A stretch of DNA of 37,864 nt, taken from a virus (lineage: Duplodnaviria; Caudoviricetes). The first letter of the stretch is position 1. Every line of letters starts with the position of its first letter. Of the stretch, positions 17,877-26,958 are shown piece after piece. The stretch covers positions 1-37,864 of the IMG/VR virus record IMGVR_UViG_3300012919_000018, one strand, 5' to 3'. The notes beneath the pieces are model-generated. The model made no database searches, was not told where the DNA came from, and saw only the letters and a list, made by a program, of their open reading frames with translations. A program made the translations under genes and the position numbers.

Positions 17877-18628
17877 TGGCATCAAGCTATACAACCAGAT
17901 TAAGAACAGAATTAATTGGCACAGGAGAGCAGTCAAACTCTTGGGGTAATACAACAAACAATAACTTTTCTAATATTTTTGATGAGGCCATATCTGCTGT
18001 TTATTCTAAAAACTTAGCTTCTGAAAGTAGTCCTTACACTTTAACGTATGGACAGGGTCCAGTTACTCAAGCAAACAACGAAGACAGACAAGCAGCCATT
18101 AGATTTCATGGTCACAATTCAGCTTTCATAATCCAACAAGAATCAAGTCCACAACTACACGATAGAATATACATTATAATAAACGATGGCACTGCTAGTG
18201 GAACAATACAAATGAAACTAGAAGGCACATCCACTGTTTCAGAAATTGTGCCTCCAGGAGGACGCGCAGTCATAGCAACTGATGGTACAAATTTTTATAC
18301 TATTTTAAGTAGTGGTGCTTCAAATAAAAACTGGAGAACAGTTACAGCAGCAACAGACAATGTTTTTTCTGGAGAAAATATTTTAGTAGATACCACAAGT
18401 AATCAAATTACACTTACTTTACCAGCTTCAATGGGTGCAGCAAATGTAGGTGAAGAAATTAGGTTTATGGATTTAGCAGGAACTTTTGATACAAATGCTT
18501 TAACTATAGCTAGAAATGGTGCCAACATTTATGGAGCGGCGTCAGATCTAACTGTTTCAACTGAAGATGCTGCTTTTAGTTTAGTTTATACAGGAACGGC
18601 ACAAGGTTGGAAAATAACGGAGAAATAA
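17876..18628 (+). CDS. Tail fibre / fibre-attachment protein
   Basis: GEQSNSWGNTTN N-terminus; C-terminal LVDTTSNQITLTLPA...LTIARNG...LVYT..GW module as seen in long tail fibre proximal repeats. Confidence 0.6.
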   Translation: MASSYTTRLRTELIGTGEQSNSWGNTTNNNFSNIFDEAISAVYSKNLASESSPYTLTYGQGPVTQANNEDRQAAIRFHGHNSAFIIQQESSPQLHDRIYIIINDGTASGTIQMKLEGTSTVSEIVPPGGRAVIATDGTNFYTILSSGASNKNWRTVTAATDNVFSGENILVDTTSNQITLTLPASMGAANVGEEIRFMDLAGTFDTNALTIARNGANIYGAASDLTVSTEDAAFSLVYTGTAQGWKITEK

Positions 18629-18629
18629 A

Positions 18630-19367
18630 ATGGCGACATATGAGTCAAAGAAATATGCTACCATTCCAATAGCAGCCACACAAGTTGCTGACGGTTCCGT
18701 AACCAATGCTGAGTATCAATTTATAAATACACTAAGTTCTAATGCACAAACTCAACTTGATGCAAAATTAAATTCTGCTGGAGCGTTTACAGTTCAAACA
18801 GGAATGATCTTACCTTTCTCTGCAGCTGCAGCAAACATACCTACAGGGTATTTAAACTGTGATGGTGCAGCTGTTTCACGTACTACTTACAGCACATTAT
18901 TTAACCTGATTGGAGTTTCGTATGGATCAGGAAACGGATCAAGCACTTTTAATGTTCCAAACTTAGCAAGTCGTATGCCGATTGGTAAATCAGGAACCTA
19001 TGCTCTTGCTTCTACAGGTGGCGCTACAACTGCAACTGCTACTATATCAGGTTCTGTTTCTGTTACTGTGAATGATCACACACTAACTACGAGCGAGATC
19101 CCAGCACACAATCACTTAATTACTCATGCAGGTGGTGGTATCAGTGCAAACTACTTTCACCCTACTTATGGTGCATCTATTTCATTTGGTGATAACAACA
19201 CATCAATAGCAACAAATCCTTTTTACACATACCCTAGTGCCTGTATGAGTGATACAGGTGGTGGAGCAGGCCATAATCACACTGCTTCTGGTTCGTTCGG
19301 AGGAGCTAATGATACATTTAGTATTTTAAATCCTTATCTTTCTGTTAATTTTATAATAAAGACATAA
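18630..19367 (+). CDS. Tail fibre with tail-collar domain
   Basis: TGMILPF...IPTGYLNCDGAAVSRTTYSTLF..IG..YGSGNGSSTFNVPNL collar motif, HNH motifs, NPYLSVNFIIKT end. Confidence 0.88.
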   Translation: MATYESKKYATIPIAATQVADGSVTNAEYQFINTLSSNAQTQLDAKLNSAGAFTVQTGMILPFSAAAANIPTGYLNCDGAAVSRTTYSTLFNLIGVSYGSGNGSSTFNVPNLASRMPIGKSGTYALASTGGATTATATISGSVSVTVNDHTLTTSEIPAHNHLITHAGGGISANYFHPTYGASISFGDNNTSIATNPFYTYPSACMSDTGGGAGHNHTASGSFGGANDTFSILNPYLSVNFIIKT

Positions 19368-19368
19368 C

Positions 19369-20355
19369 ATGGCTACATACGAATCAAAAAAATATGCAAC
19401 GATACCAATAACAGCAACACAAGTAGCTGATGGTAGTGTTAGTGATACAGAGTATCAACACTTAGATGGTGTAACTTCTGATATTCAAACACAGTTAAAT
19501 GCAGTTCTTGGTGCCGGTGGTGGTACAATGACTGGTAATCTAAATTTTGGCGACGATGTCAAAGCAAGATTTGGAGATAGTAATGATTTAGAAATCTTTC
19601 ATGACGGTAATAATTCTATTGTAAAAGATGTAGGAACAGGAGATTTAGTTTTAGGTGGTGACAATGTACAAATAACAAATGCTGCGTTATCAGAAAACCA
19701 AGCTGTATTTACATCTACTGGAGCCACTACGCTATATCACGCAAACAATGCTAAGCTTGCTACCACGTCTTCTGGGGTAAACGTTACCGGAACATTATCT
19801 GCAACAACTGCTATAAGTGGACCTTTGTCTGGTGATGGGTCAAGTATTACATCTATAAATGCATCTAATCTATCATCAGGAACTGTGCCTGCAGCAAGAT
19901 TACCTGTTACCGGTAGACTTTTAAAAATGCAAACATTAGTAAGTGGTAGTAACTTTGATACCACTTCAGTTATTGCTTTTGACTCTTCAACACCTACTTC
20001 AAGTGAAGGCATTCAAGTAATGTCTCAAGTTTATTCACCGGTGGCAAGTAACAGTCAGCTGCTGCATGTTTTATCAAGCGCAGTTACAAATGCTTCACAA
20101 GGTGGAACTTGTATTTGGTCTATTTTTAATGATAGTTCAAACATTGGTGCTTTTGCAAATACAACAGGTACTAATGGAATTTGGAATCAGTTTACATGTC
20201 AAGCATACGAGGCAAGCTCAAACAATACTACAGGAAGAACATACACCGTAAGATTTGGTGTTAATACAAGTAGAGGTCACTGGTTACAAACAAATAACTA
20301 CAATTATTATTTAAACGCAAAAGCCGTTTATACTATTTTCGAGATTGCCGCATGA
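19369..20355 (+). CDS. Tail fibre protein sharing its N-terminus with 18630..19367
   Basis: MATYESKKYATIPI N-terminus; GGTMTG and FGDSNDLEIFHDG fibre modules. Confidence 0.75.
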   Translation: MATYESKKYATIPITATQVADGSVSDTEYQHLDGVTSDIQTQLNAVLGAGGGTMTGNLNFGDDVKARFGDSNDLEIFHDGNNSIVKDVGTGDLVLGGDNVQITNAALSENQAVFTSTGATTLYHANNAKLATTSSGVNVTGTLSATTAISGPLSGDGSSITSINASNLSSGTVPAARLPVTGRLLKMQTLVSGSNFDTTSVIAFDSSTPTSSEGIQVMSQVYSPVASNSQLLHVLSSAVTNASQGGTCIWSIFNDSSNIGAFANTTGTNGIWNQFTCQAYEASSNNTTGRTYTVRFGVNTSRGHWLQTNNYNYYLNAKAVYTIFEIAA

Positions 20356-20666
20356 GTATTACTATTATGGACGCAATATTGGCGATTAACCCGGACGCAA
20401 AAGTATCTATTAAACATGATATGACTATAAATCCACCTGCCATAGATGAGATTACATGGCATGAAGGAACTACGCCTATTTCAGATATTAATATAGCTGC
20501 AAAAAAAGCTGAACTTGAGGCTGAGTATAAGGCTAACAAATATCAAAGAGACAGAAAAGAAGAGTATCCAAGCATAGAAGATCAACTAGATGATATTTAT
20601 CACAATGGTATAGAGGGCTGGAAAGCGACCATAAAAGCTGTAAAAGATAAATATCCAAAGGAGTAA
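20352..20666 (+). CDS. Putative tail fibre assembly chaperone
   Basis: Follows the fibres; YQRDRKEEYPSIEDQLD...WKATIKAVKDKYPK pattern. Confidence 0.6.
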   Translation: MSITIMDAILAINPDAKVSIKHDMTINPPAIDEITWHEGTTPISDINIAAKKAELEAEYKANKYQRDRKEEYPSIEDQLDDIYHNGIEGWKATIKAVKDKYPKE

Positions 20667-20667
20667 C

Positions 20668-22503
20668 ATGGCATTAGTTAAAGCATCTTTTGCTCCAGGA
20701 ATAGATAAACAAACAACAACCTATGGTGCTGAAGGTCGTTGGGTAGATTCTAAGAATGTTAGATTTAGAACAGGGTTACCTGAAAAAATAGGTGGCTGGG
20801 ATAAAGTTATTACATCAACTCTTATAGGTGTTGCTAGAGCAACACTAGCGTGGGTATCAAATGCCGGTGTTAGACATTTAGCAATTGGCACAGACAGAAA
20901 ATTATATGTTTATGTTGAGGGTAGAGCATATGACATTACACCCATTAGATTAGAAGCAGCGTTGACAGGTCCATTTGCCATGACTAGTGGATCACCAATA
21001 GTTACTGTTACACACACTTCTCATGGAGCGGGGCTCGGGGATTTTGTAACCTTTGATTCTTTTTCTACGGCTCAAGGTTTAGATATGAATCAGGAGTTTG
21101 AAATTACAGAAGTTGTAGACGGCAACAGTTATAAGATTACGCATACAAGTAATGCATCTGGCACAGCTAGTTCTCAAGGTGGTACAGGTAATGCTAAATA
21201 TCAAATAAATATAGGTGCAGAAAAATCAGCGTTTGGTTTTGGGTGGGGTACTGGAACATGGAACGAAAGCACTTGGAATACACCAAGGTCATCTAGTTCT
21301 ATTAGTCTTGATTCAAGTTATTGGTCGCTAGATACATTTGGTGAAGATTTACTAGCTATAAGAAATGATGATGCTTTGTATCGTTGGACTGTATCTGGTG
21401 GATTGGCAGCTAGAGCACAAAAAATAGCTGCAGCCCCTACAGCAAGTAGAGTTCTACTTGTATCATCTCCAGACAGACATGTTTTTTTGTTTGGAACAGA
21501 AACAACTGTCGGGACCTCAAACACACAAGATGATTTATTTTTACGTTTTTCTTCTCAAGAAGATTTTAATACATGGGCACCTGCATCTACAAACACAGCT
21601 GGATCTTTTAGAATACAAGATGGATCTAAAATTGTTTGTGCAAAAAGATCTAGGGGATCTATTTTAGTGTGGACTGACACAGCTCTACACGCCTTAAATA
21701 ATATTGGTCCACCTTTTATATTTGGACTTAACCAAGTTGGTTCTAACTGTGGTGCTGTTTCTGCAAATTCTGTTACAGATGTAAATGGTGTCACATACTG
21801 GATGAGCCAAACAGCTTTCTATCAGTTTGATGGTGCAATTAAAAAATTAGATTGTACCGTGCAGGATTTTGTATTTGACGATATTAACGCAACTTCTTTA
21901 GGACAAGTTGCTATCGCTGTTAACACAGACTTTAATGAAGTAACTTGGTTTTATCCAAAAGCAAATTCTGATTTTTTAAATGCAAGTGTAACTTACAATT
22001 ATCTAGAAAATGTTTGGTACACTAACGATGGTTTTGTTAGAACATCTTGGGTAGATAGAGGTGTTTATGCTTTACCTTATGCAACTTTTTATTCACCTAC
22101 TAATTTTGCAACAAACACACCAGTGCCTCTTGGACTGACTAATGGTGCAACAACATTATACGAACATGAAAAAGGGGTTAATGATGATGGCAATGCTATG
22201 GATTGTCAAATTACAAGTGGTGACTTTGATATAAAAGAAGGTGATCAAGTATTTTTATGTTCTAGAGTCATACCTGATTTTAAAGATCAAAATGGTGAAA
22301 CAGATGTAAGAATAGAATTTGCAAACTATCCAGCTAGTACAAACACAAGATCTTTTACATCTACTACAACGCCTACAACAAAATTCTTTTCTGTAAGAGG
22401 TAGAGGCAGACAAGCTAACGTAAAAATATCAAGTGATACAAGTGATGCTAACTGGAGATTTGGAACAGTTAGATTAGATATACAACCAGATGGAAGAAGA
22501 TAA
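20668..22503 (+). CDS. Tail nozzle / tail tubular protein B-like (P22 gp10-like beta-propeller)
   Basis: 611 aa, WVDSKNVRFR..PEKIGGW N-terminus, beta-rich, directly before the ejection-protein block. Confidence 0.72.
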   Translation: MALVKASFAPGIDKQTTTYGAEGRWVDSKNVRFRTGLPEKIGGWDKVITSTLIGVARATLAWVSNAGVRHLAIGTDRKLYVYVEGRAYDITPIRLEAALTGPFAMTSGSPIVTVTHTSHGAGLGDFVTFDSFSTAQGLDMNQEFEITEVVDGNSYKITHTSNASGTASSQGGTGNAKYQINIGAEKSAFGFGWGTGTWNESTWNTPRSSSSISLDSSYWSLDTFGEDLLAIRNDDALYRWTVSGGLAARAQKIAAAPTASRVLLVSSPDRHVFLFGTETTVGTSNTQDDLFLRFSSQEDFNTWAPASTNTAGSFRIQDGSKIVCAKRSRGSILVWTDTALHALNNIGPPFIFGLNQVGSNCGAVSANSVTDVNGVTYWMSQTAFYQFDGAIKKLDCTVQDFVFDDINATSLGQVAIAVNTDFNEVTWFYPKANSDFLNASVTYNYLENVWYTNDGFVRTSWVDRGVYALPYATFYSPTNFATNTPVPLGLTNGATTLYEHEKGVNDDGNAMDCQITSGDFDIKEGDQVFLCSRVIPDFKDQNGETDVRIEFANYPASTNTRSFTSTTTPTTKFFSVRGRGRQANVKISSDTSDANWRFGTVRLDIQPDGRR

Positions 22504-22670
22504 TGGCTAGAATTAATATTACAAGATTACCGTTACCACAAGATAAGTTTGACAGACAACAGCAAGACATACTTATTCGTGAGCTTGAGAACATAATCAA
22601 TCAACTTAACTTTACGTTTCAACAAGATTTAAGAGAACAATCAACAGCAAGGTCTTGGTATTTAGGATGA
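22503..22670 (+). CDS. 55-aa hypothetical protein (not in ORF track)
   Basis: MARINITRLPLPQDKFDRQQQDILIRELENIINQLNFTFQQDLREQSTARSWYLG*; TAATG and ATGA overlaps at the two ends. Confidence 0.75.
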   Translation: MARINITRLPLPQDKFDRQQQDILIRELENIINQLNFTFQQDLREQSTARSWYLG

Positions 22671-23026
22671 GTGATATATACAAAAATAGAAGTATAGCAT
22701 TAGCCAATACAGCGCAAACGACACTGTATACTGTGCCAACAGCAGACGTTTCAACTGTTCCTGCACAAAAACCAGTTCAAGCAATTGTCAAATCCATACG
22801 TGTTTGTAACGTGACAGGAGGAGCACAAACAATAACTATTGTAAATACAGATGCTAGTGTGGGTTCAAATATAAATATTACAAGTCTTTTATCAGTAGAT
22901 GCAAACACAGCTACAGAAATATTGTCACAACCATTAATTTTAGAAAATAGTGACGCTATAAAAGTAACAGCTAGCGCTGGTGGCGCTTTACACGTAATTT
23001 TATCTGTGTTGGAAATATCAGAATGA
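22667..23026 (+). CDS. Hypothetical virion protein (likely start ATG 22667)
   Basis: MSDIYKNRS...TTLYTVP...IVKSIRVCN...LILENSDAIKV; ATGA coupling supports the 22667 start. Confidence 0.7.
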   Translation: MSDIYKNRSIALANTAQTTLYTVPTADVSTVPAQKPVQAIVKSIRVCNVTGGAQTITIVNTDASVGSNINITSLLSVDANTATEILSQPLILENSDAIKVTASAGGALHVILSVLEISE

Positions 23027-23265
23027 AGAAAATACAAGAAGCAAAAATACTGGGTACACAGATGGTTGAAGGCAAAGAAGTGCCAGTTATACAGCCAGAG
23101 GTGTATCAACGAATTTATTGTAAAAATTGTGATAATGAGGTAGATTCGGAAGAACAGGCAACCGGCACCTGCAGCAACTGTGGCCAACCCTGGTCAGTTC
23201 ATAAAGCCAAAGATATACAACTAAAAGTAGTCCAAGTACCAATTGGGTCTGGAACCGGAGAATAA
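23023..23265 (+). CDS. Small zinc-ribbon protein
   Basis: CKNC-x13-CSNC; ATGA-coupled. Confidence 0.7.
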   Translation: MKKIQEAKILGTQMVEGKEVPVIQPEVYQRIYCKNCDNEVDSEEQATGTCSNCGQPWSVHKAKDIQLKVVQVPIGSGTGE

Positions 23266-23266
23266 T

Positions 23267-24559
23267 TTGAAGAATTTTTTTAATAAAATAGGAGACATGT
23301 TTGTACCAAAGGAGATTGCTCCTTATCTAGGTATGATCGCTCCAATGGTTGCACCGCAACTTGGAATTGTTGGAAGTCTGGCTCTTAGTCAAATGGGCTC
23401 TTTCAAACAACACGGTGGTAAGTTTGATCCTTTCTCAGCCGTAGCAACAGGCATAGCATTAGCATCACCACAAGCAAGAGCCATAAGAGCAGCGGGTAGA
23501 TCAGGTGGTCAAGGTACAATCGGACAACAATTGTCTTCTGGAATAAGTGAAAGTTTAGGAAAAATGAGTTCAGATCCAAAAAGTTTTACATCTACTTTAG
23601 CTAGAGGTTTTGATCCAACTCAAGCTATGAGTGCTAGCACTGCTGGTGGTCATGGCAGTTTTTATGAAAATCCTTTTTTAGCTGACCTTGATAAATTTGG
23701 TGAATACACAGCTCCAGATGGAACTGTGATGGAGATTGATTCTGTTGCATCTGGTAACGCACGTCTTCAAGATCTTGACGAAAAAAGTTTAAAACGAGTT
23801 TTAGGAGATACATACGACGCTAAATACGGTGTAAAAGCAACAGAGGCAGAACTTAGAGAAATATATGGTGATGACGTTTATGAGAAATTTACAGGGGAAG
23901 AGTTAGCAGCAGCTCAAGATATTAATAGAACGGGCGGAAGTCTTTCTGAACTAAAAGGTGTTGAAAAGTTTGCAGCTGGCGCAGCGGAAATGGGATCTAA
24001 TTTAGCTGGAGGCATATTCCCTGGTTTTGGTGAGTATGATCCTTTAACAGGACGAATGATACCTGGCACTTTTGATTTTGGTAAAGCATTACAAACTGTA
24101 GGTGTCGCTGCAACTGTTGGATCATTAAAAGCCATAGGTGAAGAACTTAAAAAACAGAAACAGCTAGACGAACAAAAACAAAGAGAAATATGGACAACTT
24201 ATTTTAAAAGCTACGAACGAGCTGCCGGCAAACCTTACAGCGAGTCTAATTATCCAGATGCAAATATTATGGAAAAATTCAATAGATTTATGCTGGCAAC
24301 TGGTGGTAGAGTCGGCTATAATATGGGAGGCGGCATCATGGCGGCCTCTGGTGTACCTCAAGGTATGCAAGTCGACGGACGTAACGGCACATTCATTCCT
24401 ATGGGTGTAAAAGAGAAAGCTGACGACGTACCTGCCATGCTATCAAAGAATGAATTTGTAATGACAGCAGATGCTGTAAAGGCAGCAGGGGGCGGGGATG
24501 CAAATGTAGGAGCACAAAGAATGTACGATCTTATGCATAATTTAGAGGCACAAGTTTAA
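23267..24559 (+). CDS. Putative internal/ejection protein with a GG motif and C-terminal DDVPAMLSKNEFV domain
   Basis: Probable TTG start at 23267 after ggag (ORF track starts at 23243). Hydrophobic N-terminal helices; ATGGRVGYNMGG followed by ADDVPAMLSKNEFVMTADAV. Confidence 0.7.
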   Translation: MKNFFNKIGDMFVPKEIAPYLGMIAPMVAPQLGIVGSLALSQMGSFKQHGGKFDPFSAVATGIALASPQARAIRAAGRSGGQGTIGQQLSSGISESLGKMSSDPKSFTSTLARGFDPTQAMSASTAGGHGSFYENPFLADLDKFGEYTAPDGTVMEIDSVASGNARLQDLDEKSLKRVLGDTYDAKYGVKATEAELREIYGDDVYEKFTGEELAAAQDINRTGGSLSELKGVEKFAAGAAEMGSNLAGGIFPGFGEYDPLTGRMIPGTFDFGKALQTVGVAATVGSLKAIGEELKKQKQLDEQKQREIWTTYFKSYERAAGKPYSESNYPDANIMEKFNRFMLATGGRVGYNMGGGIMAASGVPQGMQVDGRNGTFIPMGVKEKADDVPAMLSKNEFVMTADAVKAAGGGDANVGAQRMYDLMHNLEAQV

Positions 24560-25782
24560 TGAGCACGCAAACAACTATACAACAACAATTACCACCGGGT
24601 TACGTCACCGCCATTGGAGAATTATTTACTGACTATTTTACAGGTGCGCCTGATCAACAAACAGGTGCTCAAACTGCATTTGTTCAAGACAGTCCTTTTT
24701 ATGCTGATCCTAATCAAATGTTTGGTGGATCATTTGATCCAACAACAGGACAGTTTACAGGTATAACAGGAGCCAATGTTCCTGCATCAGATTTCTTTGT
24801 TGCAGCTCAAGATCCTTTACAAATACAAGCACAAAATATCGCAACAGGTCAGCAAGCAGCACCGACAACTGGACTTGGTCAATATCAAGATTATGTAACA
24901 CAAGCTGATCAAATGAATACATTGGCGCAAGGTATCGCTACTGGACCAGTTGCTGGAACACAAGCCTTGGCTGATGCAGCAGGGACCGTCGGATTAGCAG
25001 CAGGTGCAGCAAGTGCCGGACAAAACGCAGCCACACCTTTCTTACAACAAGCTCAACAGTTTGCAGGACCACAAGGGTTCCAACAATTTATGTCGCCGTA
25101 TCAACAACAAGTTGTTGATGCAACACTTGCACAGTACGATCAGGATGCAGCTGAAGCTGCTGCACAGTTTGGAGCGTCTGCAGGAAGCGCATATGGTGGT
25201 GGACGATTTGGAGTAGCAGAAGGACAAATGGCTGCAGATACAGCAAACCAAAGAGCATTACTACAAGCTCAATTATTAAATCAAGGATTTATGCAATCAC
25301 AAGGATTAGCAAACCAAGCAGTACAAAACCAAATTAATATGGGTCAAACTGCATTAGGTAACGCATTACAAAATGTTGGATTGTTTGGACAAACGGCAGG
25401 TATGCAAGGTGCTCTATCGGGCCAACAACAAGGACTGCAAGCTGCACAACTTGCAAACTTAACGGGTGTTGGTAATCAAGCATTAAATATTGGTGGCTTT
25501 GGACAAACAGGTATTGGAAACTTACTCAATACATTTACAACCATGGGTCAACAAAATCAGCTTTACAATCAAGCTATACAAGATCAGTTGGGAGCTCTTG
25601 CTTCAGGTATACAACTTGCACCTTCACAAACTATGGGTAACCTTGGTCAGTTCCTATCAGCTGCTTATGGTACGCCTTCATCTACAACTTATCAGCAATC
25701 ACCAGCTCCTAGCACATTACAAACATTACTTGGTGGAGGTATTGGTCTTGCAGGTATTATAGGAGCTTTGACAGAAGACTAA
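24559..25782 (+). CDS. Putative DNA ejection/pilot protein (Gln/Gly/Ala-rich)
   Basis: FMSPYQQQVVDATL, GSAYGGGRFGV, hydrophobic C-terminus LLGGGIGLAGIIG; TAATG-coupled. Confidence 0.7.
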   Translation: MSTQTTIQQQLPPGYVTAIGELFTDYFTGAPDQQTGAQTAFVQDSPFYADPNQMFGGSFDPTTGQFTGITGANVPASDFFVAAQDPLQIQAQNIATGQQAAPTTGLGQYQDYVTQADQMNTLAQGIATGPVAGTQALADAAGTVGLAAGAASAGQNAATPFLQQAQQFAGPQGFQQFMSPYQQQVVDATLAQYDQDAAEAAAQFGASAGSAYGGGRFGVAEGQMAADTANQRALLQAQLLNQGFMQSQGLANQAVQNQINMGQTALGNALQNVGLFGQTAGMQGALSGQQQGLQAAQLANLTGVGNQALNIGGFGQTGIGNLLNTFTTMGQQNQLYNQAIQDQLGALASGIQLAPSQTMGNLGQFLSAAYGTPSSTTYQQSPAPSTLQTLLGGGIGLAGIIGALTED

Positions 25783-26957
25783 TGGCTAGGATATTAAATA
25801 GACCAATGTTTAGACGAGGTGGTAGTACAGGTGGTATTACAGCTAACCTAAAAAAACCTAGAATGGGTTTTGAACCGGGTGGAAAAGTTCCTGATTTTCA
25901 AAATATCTTAGCGCAATATATGCAAGCTCCTGAACAACCAAAAGGTTTAACATCAAGTGATTATCTTAGACTAGCTGCAGCAGGTGCAGAGATTATGGGA
26001 GCACAGCCAACATCAGATGGTAGTGGTTTCTTAGCCGCACTATCTTCAGCAGGACCAGCTCTATCAGGGGCAGCTACGGATATAGCAAGTAACATTTCTG
26101 CACGAAAAGAAAATTTTAGAGATAGAAAAGCTGCTTATGATGCAGCCATGGGACAAGCAGCTGTAGATCAAGCATCAGCTCAGTTTACTAGAGACGCAGA
26201 GGTAGAGGATAGAGATGCGGGTTTCCAACAAGATAAAGATATATTACAATTACAATTTGATTACGACAAACAATTACAAAGTATAGAAGCACAAAATGCT
26301 ATTGATTTATTAAAAGAAGAGAAAAAATTAAGTCCATACGATTTTGAAAAAGAGTATGTAGATAAAGAAGGACAGAAATTAATTGAAGAAGCGATAGCAG
26401 CTATAGAAGCTGATGATAGAGCAACATATGAACAGAAGAAAAGTCAGTTTCTAAATGGTTTATATGGTGAAAGCACAAGAGCAAATACAGAAGAAAAAGC
26501 AAACCTATTGGCCGATGCTGATTTCTTAAAAGCAGTTAGACTAGAAGTGGATGCGATCATGGAACCAGGTGGTTCAGCATCAATAGCTGGCAACAAGTAT
26601 TCTGGTAAAACAAGAGAAGAAGTTAGAGCAATGGTTCTAAACGAAACGTTTGGTAGAGTCATCAGTGAAATTTATTTCCCAGAGTTTAAAGCAGAAGGTG
26701 GTCGTGTTGGAATGCAAGAAGGTGGTATGGCAGCAAATCCTAACATGCGAGAAGGTGCATCATCAGCAGACATACAATTAACTTTTACAGAACTAAGAAA
26801 AAGATTACCACCAGAGGTAAGTGACGGTGTCATAAATTTAATTATGAATAGCGAACAAGCCATGATTGATTTTGCACAACTTATGACGCCAGAAGACATA
26901 GCAGTATTTAACGATAAATATAACGTAGATTTACAATACCCAACACAGGTAGCGTAA
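25782..26957 (+). CDS. Putative internal virion/ejection protein with GG motifs
   Basis: MARILNRPMFRRGG start, RMGFEPGG, coiled coil, FKAEGGRVGMQEGG before a C-terminal domain. Confidence 0.7.
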   Translation: MARILNRPMFRRGGSTGGITANLKKPRMGFEPGGKVPDFQNILAQYMQAPEQPKGLTSSDYLRLAAAGAEIMGAQPTSDGSGFLAALSSAGPALSGAATDIASNISARKENFRDRKAAYDAAMGQAAVDQASAQFTRDAEVEDRDAGFQQDKDILQLQFDYDKQLQSIEAQNAIDLLKEEKKLSPYDFEKEYVDKEGQKLIEEAIAAIEADDRATYEQKKSQFLNGLYGESTRANTEEKANLLADADFLKAVRLEVDAIMEPGGSASIAGNKYSGKTREEVRAMVLNETFGRVISEIYFPEFKAEGGRVGMQEGGMAANPNMREGASSADIQLTFTELRKRLPPEVSDGVINLIMNSEQAMIDFAQLMTPEDIAVFNDKYNVDLQYPTQVA

Positions 26958-26958
26958 C

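Noticed and set aside
18630-19500. Invertible or recombinational fibre-switching cassette
   Set aside because: Both genes are in the same orientation, their shared region is diverged at DNA level, and no recombinase or inverted repeats were seen.
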